Origin: Candidatus Dormiibacterota bacterium
GTDB taxonomy: Bacteria > Chloroflexota > Dormibacteria > Aeolococcales > Aeolococcaceae
Direction: 5' to 3'
Length of the DNA stretch: 52,236 nucleotides
Assembly (NCBI GenBank): GCA_049279755.1
Contig: JBAPOS010000134.1
Location: forward strand, 1 to 52,236
A program made the translations under genes and the position numbers. Position 1 is the first letter of the stretch. Every line of letters begins with the position of its first letter. The notes under the pieces were generated by a model. It saw nothing but the letters and a program-made list of their open reading frames with translations. It was not told where the DNA came from and ran no database searches. Of the stretch, positions 36,407 to 45,641 are shown one piece after another.

Positions 36407-37789
36407 CTAAGGCACCGAGAGCGCGCGCTCCCGGGTGAGTGTCTGCAGGGTCGGGGCGTCGGTCGGCTCCACGCGGTGCCGCAGGGTGATGGTCAGCGCC
36501 ACCAGCATCGCCGCTGCGGAGATCGCCGGGAGCGATGTCACCTGGGTGAGCAGCCACCACCAGCCGGTGTGGCTGAGTGCGACCAGCTGCGCCGAGGACG
36601 ACACGTTGGCGATCAGCACCGGCGCGAGCACTGCGACTGCGACCACGAACGTTGCGGTCGCCACCGTCAGCACACGTGAGCGCCACGCCCTGTCCGCTGC
36701 CATGAGTCCCACTGCTGCGAAGACGATGATGATCGCGGTCACGTAGTGCGCGTACCAGGTGATCGTGCTGGCGAGCAGCATGAAGAGAGTCCCGGCAGCG
36801 AACTCGGCGCCGCTGACTGCTTGGTTTCGAGTCCGGGGGCCGACGCCGAAATAGAGCAAGCCAAGCATGATGATGAGGACCGCATAGGTCACCAGGCTGA
36901 TCATCAGCGAACCTGATTGCGGGATCAGGACGGCGTGTCCAAAGAGACGGCTCGCAACTCCGCTGATCGACTGGTTGTACAGCCACCCGTCCTGCGCGGA
37001 GAGCACGGGGAGCACGCGGGTCACGTACTCATGCAGTGTTGCGGTTCCGAACGCGGCGACGCCGACTGCGAGTCCGGCAACGACTGTGACGGCACACGCC
37101 GCAGCCGCCCTCCACCACCGGCGGCGGATGATCAAGACGACCATGACAATCGGTGCGAGCTTGATCGAGGCCGCGATGCCGATCAGCACGCCGAACCGCG
37201 TCCGGTGCTCGTGGGTCCACGCATGGAGCGCGAACGCGAGCAACAGGAAGATCACGGGATTCATCTGACCGTGCCAGTAGTTGTACGTGGCCGCCGAGAA
37301 CAGAAAGGTGACCAGCGCGCTGATCTCGAGACGCGGCCACCCTCGAGGCAACAGCGTGTAGGCCGCAATGCCCGTGGCCGCGGCGGTACAGGCGACGGTC
37401 AGCCAGAGCCAGAGCGTCGCAGCGGCAGCCGCCGGAACCCAGGCGAGCGGCTGAACGAGAAAGGCGACGACCGGTGGGTAGTCGAATCCGCTCAGGGCCA
37501 CATTTGGCCGCTGGTGGATGAATTGTGCGTACAGGTCAGTGTGACTGGCGACGGCATGAGCGGCCGCCAGATAGGCGCTGAAATCCTCGAATTCGCCGGC
37601 AAAGATGCCCCTGATGGGTGCGATCACGAAGGTGATCAGGCCAGCTATCACCGAGGCGATCGCGGCGGCACGGAGCACGAGCAATCCCAGTGCGCGGGCG
37701 CGGGCATCCGGACGAAACCGACGGTGGGTTCCGGCGGGGCCGCCCGTGCCGGGCAGGCTGAGGTGTCCTGGGTCGATAACCTCCGCCAT
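36407..37789 (-). CDS. GT87-family (DUF2029) polyprenol-phosphate-sugar-dependent glycosyltransferase
   Basis: ORF 36407..37888 trimmed to ATG 37789 (MAEVIDPGH...). It is a multi-TM protein with FDYPPVVAFLVQPLAW near the N-terminus, as in mycobacterial mannosyltransferase-like GT87 proteins. Confidence 0.7.
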   Translation of the reverse strand: MAEVIDPGHLSLPGTGGPAGTHRRFRPDARARALGLLVLRAAAIASVIAGLITFVIAPIRGIFAGEFEDFSAYLAAAHAVASHTDLYAQFIHQRPNVALSGFDYPPVVAFLVQPLAWVPAAAAATLWLWLTVACTAAATGIAAYTLLPRGWPRLEISALVTFLFSAATYNYWHGQMNPVIFLLLAFALHAWTHEHRTRFGVLIGIAASIKLAPIVMVVLIIRRRWWRAAAACAVTVVAGLAVGVAAFGTATLHEYVTRVLPVLSAQDGWLYNQSISGVASRLFGHAVLIPQSGSLMISLVTYAVLIIMLGLLYFGVGPRTRNQAVSGAEFAAGTLFMLLASTITWYAHYVTAIIIVFAAVGLMAADRAWRSRVLTVATATFVVAVAVLAPVLIANVSSSAQLVALSHTGWWWLLTQVTSLPAISAAAMLVALTITLRHRVEPTDAPTLQTLTRERALSVP

Positions 37790-37917
37790 CAACGGTCGAG
37801 TTTGATCGGGGTACGGGGTGCCGCGTGCCCTGGGTTGCCAAACCGTTACTCGGGTCGCCCAATGTCGTAGGCCCATGTAAAGATGCACGCCATGCGTCGT
37901 GGTCCCAGGATGACGCC

Positions 37918-39474
37918 GTGGTGAGCCGGCGACCGTGGTGGCGCAACCGATTCGCCTATGCTGTCACCGCCTTGGGGGCCCTCGTCGCCGCCCTCTATCT
38001 CTACAGAATCGGCAGCGATCCGCCCGGGCTCTACGCGGATGAAGCCAGCATTGGCTATAACGCGTGGACCATCGCGCACTACGGAACCGACCAGTATGGC
38101 AACCACCTTCCGTTGTTCTTCGTGGACTTCGGAGACTACAAGGGTCCGATCGCGACCTATCTTGTGGCGCCACTGACATGGGTCTTCTCGAGCGGGGCTG
38201 CAGTCGTGCGTCTGCCGAGTGTCCTGGCGGGTATCGCAATCTCCCTGGTGGCCGGGCGCATCGCTTTCGTGCGCACGCATTCGATGCTGGTGACGCTCGT
38301 CACCATCGCGTTCACGGCAGTGCAGCCATGGATCTTCCTGCAAAGCCACACGATGCTCGAGGGAAACATCCTCATGGTGCTCTGCGTCACGTGCGCTTGC
38401 TGGTGCATCGCCGAAGCCGATGTCGAGGGAGCGTCAGCGAGATGGTGGACCGGCGCGGGCGTGGCTCTGGCGATCTGCATCTACACGTACTCGATCGGTC
38501 GACTCCTTGCTCTGCTGATCGCTGGAGTTGTTGTGCTGAGCTTCGCGCGAATTGGTCGAGACAAGCTCCTTCGGTTCCTCTTCCCGATCGCCGCCGCGTA
38601 CGTGGTCCTGGGCATCTGGTCGTTCGAGAACCCCGGAGCCTTGCTCGGGCGCTTCCAGAGCGTGGGTCTCTTCGCCGACCATCCGTCGATCGTCAGCGCC
38701 GCGGTGACGTTTGCCGGCAACTACCTGAGCTATTTCAGCCCCAACTTCCTCGTCCTGCACGGTGACGGGAACCTCCGACAGACGACTGGATTCGGGGGCG
38801 TTCTGGCTGACGCCACCATCCCTCTCATGATCATCGGCGCGGTCTGGCTCGCAGCGAGGCGACGAACAGCGTACGCGCGGTTCGTCATGCTCGGTGCGCT
38901 GGTCGCTCCCGTACCCGCTGCGCTGACACTGTTCGCACCGCATGCGCTGCGTGGCGCCGGGCTGTTCCCGTTCCTCATCCTCATAATGGTGGAGGGAACG
39001 TCCTGGGTATGGACGCAGTTGCGGACGCACCTCGTGGTCGCCATCGCGCTCGTCGCCATCGTGCTCGCCAGCGCCACGCCGTACTTCGTTGATTTCTTCG
39101 GCGGCTACCCCGCCCGCGCCGAGGTCGGATTCGAAGCCGGTGAAGGACCGGCGCTGGCGATGGCGTACACCGACGCCGCTGCCGGGGGGCACCGGCTGAT
39201 TCTCTCTGCGGCGCTCAACCAACCGATCGTGCAACTCATGTACGCGGTTGGGGCGGCTCCACCCCAGCGCGACTTTCTGCGGCGGGCTCGGATCACCGAG
39301 GTCGCCACGTTGGCACAGCTCGATACCGCGGAGCCCGGGGATGTGCTCGTCATCGGTCCCCGCGACACTCCGCCGCCACGCGCCCATCTCCTCTTCGTGG
39401 TCAATGGCGGACGGATCGTCCGCGCCCCCACCACCGTGTCCAGCCTTGATCTCCTCCGCGTCTACCAGGACTGA
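37918..39474 (+). CDS. GT-C fold glycosyltransferase (ArnT/PMT, GT39/83-like)
   Basis: In-frame GTG 37918 of ORF 37825..39474 (start uncertain). First-loop acidic motif YADEASIGYNAWTIAHYGTDQYGNHLPLFF. Many TM segments, and a soluble C-terminal domain of about 120 aa. Confidence 0.65.
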   Translation: MVSRRPWWRNRFAYAVTALGALVAALYLYRIGSDPPGLYADEASIGYNAWTIAHYGTDQYGNHLPLFFVDFGDYKGPIATYLVAPLTWVFSSGAAVVRLPSVLAGIAISLVAGRIAFVRTHSMLVTLVTIAFTAVQPWIFLQSHTMLEGNILMVLCVTCACWCIAEADVEGASARWWTGAGVALAICIYTYSIGRLLALLIAGVVVLSFARIGRDKLLRFLFPIAAAYVVLGIWSFENPGALLGRFQSVGLFADHPSIVSAAVTFAGNYLSYFSPNFLVLHGDGNLRQTTGFGGVLADATIPLMIIGAVWLAARRRTAYARFVMLGALVAPVPAALTLFAPHALRGAGLFPFLILIMVEGTSWVWTQLRTHLVVAIALVAIVLASATPYFVDFFGGYPARAEVGFEAGEGPALAMAYTDAAAGGHRLILSAALNQPIVQLMYAVGAAPPQRDFLRRARITEVATLAQLDTAEPGDVLVIGPRDTPPPRAHLLFVVNGGRIVRAPTTVSSLDLLRVYQD

Positions 39475-39514
39475 TTGCTGCTGCTCGACCCCCCGCGACT
39501 ACGATGCTTCCTCC

Positions 39515-40501
39515 ATGCGAGCAATGATCCTCGACGCGCCCCACAGCGCCCTGCGCGAGGACGATGTCGCCATGCCTGAGCCCGGCCCGGGAGAGGTGCT
39601 GGTCAAGGTCGGCGCGTGCGGCCTCTGCCGTACCGACCTCCATGTGGTCGACGGCGAACTGACCCATCCGAAGCTGCCACTGATCCCCGGCCACCAGATT
39701 GTCGGGGAGATCGTCGAGGCCGGAACTGAAGTGGAGGCGGTCCACGTCGGAGACCGTGTCGGCATCCCCTGGCTCGGCTGGACGTGCGGCACGTGCAGGT
39801 ACTGCACGAGCGGCCGCGAGAATCTCTGCGACAGCGCGCGATTCACGGGCTATGACATCGATGGTGGTTATGCCGAGTACGCCGTCGCCGACGCGCGCTT
39901 CTGCTTTCCAGTCGATCGCTTCTTCAGCGACGTAGAGGCCGCGCCGCTGCTCTGCGCGGGACTGATCGGATACCGCTCGCTCCGAGCAGCCGGCGACGGC
40001 GAGCGCCTCGGCCTGTACGGCTTCGGCGCGTCGGCCCACATCGTTGCGCAGGTGGCGCGCCACCAGGGGCGGCGGGTGTTCGCGATCACACGACCCGGCG
40101 ACGCGGCGAGCCAGGAGTTCGCGATGCGGCTGGGCGCGGTGTGGGCCGGGGACACCGACCACGCGCCGCCCGAGGAGCTGGACGCGGCGATCATCTTCGC
40201 GCCGGTCGGAGCCCTGGTACCGCTCGCACTCGGCGCTGTCGGAAAGGGAGGCACCGTGGTCTGCGCTGGAATCCACATGAGCGACATTCCATCGTTCCCC
40301 TACGATCTGCTGTGGGGAGAGCGCACGGTTCGCTCCGTGGCCAATCTGACCCGGCGCGACGGCACGGAATTTCTCGCGCTCGCGCATCGCATTCCGGTGC
40401 ACGCCGAGGTCGAGACGTTGCCCCTCGCTCAGGCGAATGACGCGCTCAGCCGGCTTCGTGACGGCAGGGTGCAGGGTGCTCTGGTACTGACGGTCACATG
40501 A
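39515..40501 (+). CDS. Zinc-dependent alcohol dehydrogenase
   Basis: In-frame ATG 39515 of ORF 39248..40501. GACGLCRTDLHVVDG, GHQIVGEIVEAG, CGTCRYCTSGRENLC, GLYGFGASAH. Confidence 0.9.
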   Translation: MRAMILDAPHSALREDDVAMPEPGPGEVLVKVGACGLCRTDLHVVDGELTHPKLPLIPGHQIVGEIVEAGTEVEAVHVGDRVGIPWLGWTCGTCRYCTSGRENLCDSARFTGYDIDGGYAEYAVADARFCFPVDRFFSDVEAAPLLCAGLIGYRSLRAAGDGERLGLYGFGASAHIVAQVARHQGRRVFAITRPGDAASQEFAMRLGAVWAGDTDHAPPEELDAAIIFAPVGALVPLALGAVGKGGTVVCAGIHMSDIPSFPYDLLWGERTVRSVANLTRRDGTEFLALAHRIPVHAEVETLPLAQANDALSRLRDGRVQGALVLTVT

Positions 40502-42603
40502 AGCACACCACGTTGAACGAATCGAACTTCCCGCGGCAGCAGGCAAGGACACGGCGCTTCAGCCTCGGGGTGCCACGAGACTTCGTCATCGCGCCCGACG
40601 GAGGACGTGTGTTCTTCCTCCGCACCCGGAGCGGGAGCGATCCGGCCACGTGTCTGTGGCAACTCGACGTCCACAGCAATACCGAGACCCTCGTAGTCGA
40701 TCCGATGACGCTGGAGCGAGATGACGGAGTCGAGGTCCCCGCAGAGGAGCGGATGCGCCGCGAACGCGCGCGCGAATCATCCGGTGGGATCGTGCGGTTC
40801 TCCGTCGACCGCGACGCGACGCGTGCGGTGTTCGACCTCGGCGGCAGGCTCTACGTTGTGGACCTCGTCGCACGGGGTGTCAGGGAACTTCCGACCAACG
40901 GCAGCGCGATCGATCCCCGCCTGGATCCAACCGGTTCCGTGGTCGCATACGTGGAATCCGGAGCACTCCGGACTGTTCGCGTCAACGCCGGCGACGATCG
41001 CGTGCTGCTCAGCCCCGAGCGTGAGGACATCACCCACGGCCTTGCTGAGTTTGTGGCCGCCGAGGAGATGGATCGCTACAACGGGTACTGGTGGTCTCCC
41101 GATGGCTCGCGGTTGCTTGTGGCGCGCGTCGATGTGTCGCGCGTCCGCCGCTGGTACATCGCCGATCCGTCCAATCCCGAACGCCCCCCAGTCGCGATCG
41201 CGTATCCGGCCGCCGGGACGGAGAACGCGGAGGTCACGCTGTTCCTTGCCGACCTCGACGGAGCTCCGCCGGTCGAGGTGCGCTGGGATCGAGTCGGTTT
41301 TGAGTATGTGGTCACCGCGAACTGGTCGGATCACGGGCTGCTCGTCGTCGTCCAGAGCCGCGACCAGCGCACCATGCGGATCCTCGACGTCGACACCTCG
41401 ACCGGCGTGACATCGGTCGTTCGCGAGGATACGGACGAGGGATGGGTCGACGTCGTCGACGGCGTTCCGGCGAGGCTGGCGGACGGCACGCTGGTGTGGA
41501 CCGCGGATCGCGACGGCGCAAAGCGGCTCGTCATCGGCGACGACGTGGTCACCGGGACGGAGCTCGAGGTGCGCGATGTCCTCGATGTCGACGGGGACAT
41601 CGTCGTCTTCAGGGCTTCGACAACGCCGGCGGAGGTGGGTGTCTACACGTGGTCACCCACCGGCGGCATCAACGAGATGCGACCCGACGGCGTCAAGCCC
41701 GGCGTGTGGCGGGCGCGTCGATGCGGCGGCACGACCGTGCTGACGTCGCGCGATCTCGAGCGCGCCGGGCCTCAGATCACGGTGCACCGTGATGGAAGGC
41801 AGATGGCCACGATCGAGTCGGTTGCGGAGACGCCGGCGATCACCGTCAACGTTCGCCTGGTGACACTTGGTGAACGCGCACTCCGCGCGGCGGTGATGTT
41901 CCCGACGCGCCACGAGCCGGGCAGCGGAAAGCTGCCGGTCCTGCTCGACCCTTATGGTGGTCCCGGGTTCCAGAAGGTCACCGCGTCGGCTGGCGCGTAC
42001 CTGGCGTCGCAGTGGTTCGCGGATCAAGGCTTCGTGGTGCTCGTGGTCGATGGCAGGGGCACCCCTGGTGGCGATCACTCCTGGTCCCGCTCGATACGCG
42101 GCGACGTGGCGGGGCCGCCGCTCGAAGATCAGGTCGATGGATTGCACGCCGCCGCGGCCATGTGGCCTGATTTCGATCTCTCGCGAGTGGCCATCCGTGG
42201 CTGGTCGTTCGGAGGATTCCTGGCCGCACTTGCGGTATTGCGCCGCCCCGACGTCTTTCACGTTGCAGTCGCGGGCGCACCGGTCACCGACCAGCGCCTC
42301 TACGACACGCACTACACGGAGCGATACCTCGGGCATCCGGACCACGAGCCGGCGAACTACGCGAGGAGCTCGCTGATCGCCGACGCGGGCCGCCTCACCC
42401 GCCCGCTGATGCTCATCCACGGACTCAGCGATGACAACGTCGTGGTTGCGCATACGCTCCGCCTCTCTGCTGCCCTCCTCGCCGCCGGACGGGAGCACAC
42501 TGTGATCCCGATCACCGGGGCGACGCACATGGCGAACGACCCGTCGGTGGCCGAGAATCTCCTGCTCCTCGAGCTCGAGTTCATCCGTCGCGCGCTGGCG
42601 TGA
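40498..42603 (+). CDS. S9-family serine peptidase (dipeptidyl-peptidase IV-like beta-propeller plus alpha/beta hydrolase)
   Basis: The ATG overlaps the ADH stop (ATGA, 40498-40501). Catalytic triad context GWSFGG, HGLSDDNV, GATHM. Confidence 0.85.
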   Translation: MKHTTLNESNFPRQQARTRRFSLGVPRDFVIAPDGGRVFFLRTRSGSDPATCLWQLDVHSNTETLVVDPMTLERDDGVEVPAEERMRRERARESSGGIVRFSVDRDATRAVFDLGGRLYVVDLVARGVRELPTNGSAIDPRLDPTGSVVAYVESGALRTVRVNAGDDRVLLSPEREDITHGLAEFVAAEEMDRYNGYWWSPDGSRLLVARVDVSRVRRWYIADPSNPERPPVAIAYPAAGTENAEVTLFLADLDGAPPVEVRWDRVGFEYVVTANWSDHGLLVVVQSRDQRTMRILDVDTSTGVTSVVREDTDEGWVDVVDGVPARLADGTLVWTADRDGAKRLVIGDDVVTGTELEVRDVLDVDGDIVVFRASTTPAEVGVYTWSPTGGINEMRPDGVKPGVWRARRCGGTTVLTSRDLERAGPQITVHRDGRQMATIESVAETPAITVNVRLVTLGERALRAAVMFPTRHEPGSGKLPVLLDPYGGPGFQKVTASAGAYLASQWFADQGFVVLVVDGRGTPGGDHSWSRSIRGDVAGPPLEDQVDGLHAAAAMWPDFDLSRVAIRGWSFGGFLAALAVLRRPDVFHVAVAGAPVTDQRLYDTHYTERYLGHPDHEPANYARSSLIADAGRLTRPLMLIHGLSDDNVVVAHTLRLSAALLAAGREHTVIPITGATHMANDPSVAENLLLLELEFIRRALA

Positions 42604-42622
42604 CCTGACGGCTTGGAGCGGC

Positions 42623-43462
42623 TCAGGGGATCGCGATCAGGGCGATCGCAACCACCGCGAGTGCCGCGCCGACTGCCTGCAGCGGTGTCATCCGCTCATG
42701 GGTGAAGACACGAGCACAGATCACGGTGAACGCCGGGTAGAACGAGGTGAGCAGTGCGCTCACCGACAGCAGTCCGGTGTGCGTGGCGTACAGGTACAGC
42801 ACCACGCCGGTGCCGTCGAAGACCCCGCCGATCGCGATGATCCGGAGAACGCTCCGCCGGATCAGAGGCGATGTCCTCGTCACCGCGGCTGCGAGCAGCG
42901 CGGCTGACGCGGAGCCGAAGCGGCCGCTCACGAACGCGGTCACACCCGCATGGCTGGCAGCGTGGAAGAGGATGAAGAACAGACCGAAGGAGACTCCGGC
43001 CAGCAGCGCGAGGGCCACGCCCAGTCGGGCGTTGCGCACCCCTTCGCGGCTCGGGCCGTTGATGCACACCAGCGCGGCGAGGCCGACGGCGATGCCTCCC
43101 ACCTGCCAGGGCTCGAGATGGTCGCCACCGATCAGTCCCACGGCAACCGGCAGGGCGGCGGCGACGAATCCTGTGATCGGCGCCACCACACCGATCAGGT
43201 TCAGCGACATCGCGCGATAGAAGGCCACCAGCCCGAGTCCCCCGACAGCGCCGCCGGCGAATGCCTGGATCGCGGCCGGCGCATCCCAGCCGTGTGGCAG
43301 CAGCGCGAACGCGAGCGGTACCGCCACCAGGCCCACCGACTCGACGGCGATGGCCACGCTCGCTGCGCTGCTCCTCCTGCCCGCGAAGCCTCCGGTGAAA
43401 TCGGCGATCCCCAGAGTCACCGCGGACGCCATGGCCGTCAGCGGCGAGAGAGGAAGGGTCAT
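42623..43462 (-). CDS. EamA/DMT-superfamily transporter
   Basis: Ten hydrophobic segments in a duplicated 5+5 pattern, Gly/Ala-rich, 279 aa. The alternative-frame ORF 42696..43475 is Arg-rich and was rejected. Confidence 0.75.
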   Translation of the reverse strand: MTLPLSPLTAMASAVTLGIADFTGGFAGRRSSAASVAIAVESVGLVAVPLAFALLPHGWDAPAAIQAFAGGAVGGLGLVAFYRAMSLNLIGVVAPITGFVAAALPVAVGLIGGDHLEPWQVGGIAVGLAALVCINGPSREGVRNARLGVALALLAGVSFGLFFILFHAASHAGVTAFVSGRFGSASAALLAAAVTRTSPLIRRSVLRIIAIGGVFDGTGVVLYLYATHTGLLSVSALLTSFYPAFTVICARVFTHERMTPLQAVGAALAVVAIALIAIP

Positions 43463-43522
43463 GGCCGCGGGTCACGGTAGCCGAGCCGACGCACGTTGCC
43501 GGGCGAGCGCATAATTCACCGG

Positions 43523-44242
43523 ATGGTGAATTCTGTGGAGATCCAGCGCCTCAACGTGACCCGTGGAGGGCGTCAGGTGCTCTTCGATGTCTCGGCGAGC
43601 ATTGCTGAAGGGTCGGTCACGGGACTGCTCGGGCCGAGCGGTTCCGGAAAGACGACGCTGATCCGGGCGATCGTGGGGATCCAGAGGATCGCAGGGGGTG
43701 CAGTGCGCGTGCTTGGCCTCCCAGCAGGGGCGGCGGGGCTGCGACGCGCCGTCGGATATCTGACCCAGGCCCCAGCCGTGTATCGCGACCTGACGGTCGG
43801 CGAGAACCTTCGATACTTCGCCGCGGTGCTCGGCGCCGGCCCCGAGCGCGTCGATCAGGTGCTCGAGGACGTCTCGCTTCGGGATGAAGCGGGTCTACGG
43901 GTCGATCGCCTCTCAGGCGGACAGCAATCTCGGGTGTCGCTCGCGACCGCGCTGCTGGGTAACCCGAGAGTCCTCGTGCTCGATGAGCCCACCGTGGGAT
44001 TGGATCCCGTGCTCCGTGAGGAACTCTGGTCCCTGTTCCACCGCCTCGGAGCCGCGGGTGCGACCCTGCTGATCTCGAGTCATGTCATGGAGGAGGCGAC
44101 GCGCTGCCAGCGACTGCTCCTGCTCCGCGCCGGCCGGCTGCTCGCCGATGACAGTCCGGAGGCGCTGCTCAAAATCACCGGTGAGAGCGATATGGATGCA
44201 GCCTTCCTGCACCTGGTTCGCGGCACCGGGACGGCGCAGTGA
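43523..44242 (+). CDS. ABC transporter ATP-binding protein
   Basis: Walker A GPSGSGKTT, signature LSGGQQSRV, Walker B VLVLDEPT. ATG 43523 is preferred over the upstream TTG 43496. Confidence 0.9.
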   Translation: MVNSVEIQRLNVTRGGRQVLFDVSASIAEGSVTGLLGPSGSGKTTLIRAIVGIQRIAGGAVRVLGLPAGAAGLRRAVGYLTQAPAVYRDLTVGENLRYFAAVLGAGPERVDQVLEDVSLRDEAGLRVDRLSGGQQSRVSLATALLGNPRVLVLDEPTVGLDPVLREELWSLFHRLGAAGATLLISSHVMEEATRCQRLLLLRAGRLLADDSPEALLKITGESDMDAAFLHLVRGTGTAQ

Positions 44243-44976
44243 ACCTCCGGCGCACCATCGCCACGGCGGTACGCGTGCTTGCACAGTTGCGCCGCGACCC
44301 TCGTACGGTCGCGATGATCCTGGTGGTGCCACCGGTGCTCATGCTGCTGCTCCGCTACGCGTACGACAGCGACCAGCAGGTCTTTCGTTTCATAGCGCCG
44401 GTGCTCATCGCGATCTTCCCGTTCGTGCTGATGTTCGTGGTCACCTCGGTGGCGATGCTGCGCGAACGAACCACGGGAACCCTTGAGCGGCTGCTGGCGA
44501 TGCCCATCGCAAAGCTCGAGCTTCTGGTTGGATACGCACTCGCATTCGCACTTGTCGCGATCATTCAGGTGGCCGTGGTGCTGGCGCTCGTGCTCGGGCC
44601 CTTGGGCGTCAGCGTGGCCGGCTCGGTGATCGTTCTCGGACTGTTCGCGGTGCTGGACGCACTGCTGGGGATGTCGCTCGGTCTGTGTCTGAGCGCGCTG
44701 GCCCGTACCGAATTTCAGGCAGTTCAGCTGCTGCCCGCCGTGGTGTTTCCGCAGTTGCTGGTCTGCGGGCTGTTCGTGCCCCGGGCCCTGATGGCCGGAG
44801 CCCTTCAGGGGCTCGCCGATGTCTTTCCCCTTTCCTACGCTGTTGACGGCGTGCGTCGCGCCGCAGCCTCGACGACCTGGAGCGGGACCCTGACGCTGGA
44901 CCTGGTGGTGATCGCCGCATGCATCCCACTTGCGCTCGGAGTCGGAGCGTTGACATTGCAGCGACGGAGCGGATGA
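44239..44976 (+). CDS. ABC-2-type exporter permease
   Basis: The GTG overlaps the ATPase stop. Six hydrophobic segments. The length is typical of the ABC-2 family. Confidence 0.8.
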   Translation: MNLRRTIATAVRVLAQLRRDPRTVAMILVVPPVLMLLLRYAYDSDQQVFRFIAPVLIAIFPFVLMFVVTSVAMLRERTTGTLERLLAMPIAKLELLVGYALAFALVAIIQVAVVLALVLGPLGVSVAGSVIVLGLFAVLDALLGMSLGLCLSALARTEFQAVQLLPAVVFPQLLVCGLFVPRALMAGALQGLADVFPLSYAVDGVRRAAASTTWSGTLTLDLVVIAACIPLALGVGALTLQRRSG

Positions 44977-45554
44977 CCGCTCGCCGCGGTCGTCGCAAGC
45001 AAGGCGGGGACACGCGTGCCGACATTCTCGGCGCGGCGCGGTCGCTGTTTGCCGGCGACGGATACAGCGCCACCACACTCCGCGCCGTCGCAAGAAAGGC
45101 GGGCGTGGATTCGGCGTTGATCCTTCACCATTTCGGTTCCAAGGAGGCACTCTTTCGAAGCGCGATGGACGTGCCGATCGACCCGGCCGCGATCACCGCG
45201 ATCATCGGACACGGCGATCGCGGTGCGCTGGGCGAGCAGCTGTGTGCCTATTTCCTTCGCCTCTGGGAGGATGAGGCAACGCGAGAACCGCTCCTCGCCA
45301 TGCTCCGTTCGGCGCTCACCCACGATGCTGCCGCCGATTCTCTCCGAGCCTTTGTCACCGATGCGCTGGTTGGACGCGTTGCGATGCTCCTCGACAAACC
45401 CGACGCGGCGTTGCGCGCCACGCTGATCGGAAGCCAGCTGGTCGGCCTCGCGATCGCCCGATACCTGGTGCGCATCGAACCGCTCGCCTCCGCGGACGCC
45501 GCGACCGTGGCCGCCTGGGTCGCACCGACTCTCGAGCGATATCTCACCGCCTGA
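44973..45554 (+). CDS. TetR-family transcriptional regulator
   Basis: The ATG overlaps the permease stop (ATGA). HTH DILGAARSLFAGDGYSATTLRAVARKAGVDSALILHHFGSKEALF. Confidence 0.9.
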   Translation: MTARRGRRKQGGDTRADILGAARSLFAGDGYSATTLRAVARKAGVDSALILHHFGSKEALFRSAMDVPIDPAAITAIIGHGDRGALGEQLCAYFLRLWEDEATREPLLAMLRSALTHDAAADSLRAFVTDALVGRVAMLLDKPDAALRATLIGSQLVGLAIARYLVRIEPLASADAATVAAWVAPTLERYLTA

Positions 45555-45641
45555 ACGAACCGCTTGCGGAGCCCCTCGCCACTGATCGATACTTCCGGCC
45601 GCACGCCGCTGCTTGGGCGGTCCGGGACTGAGGAGGCGCTG

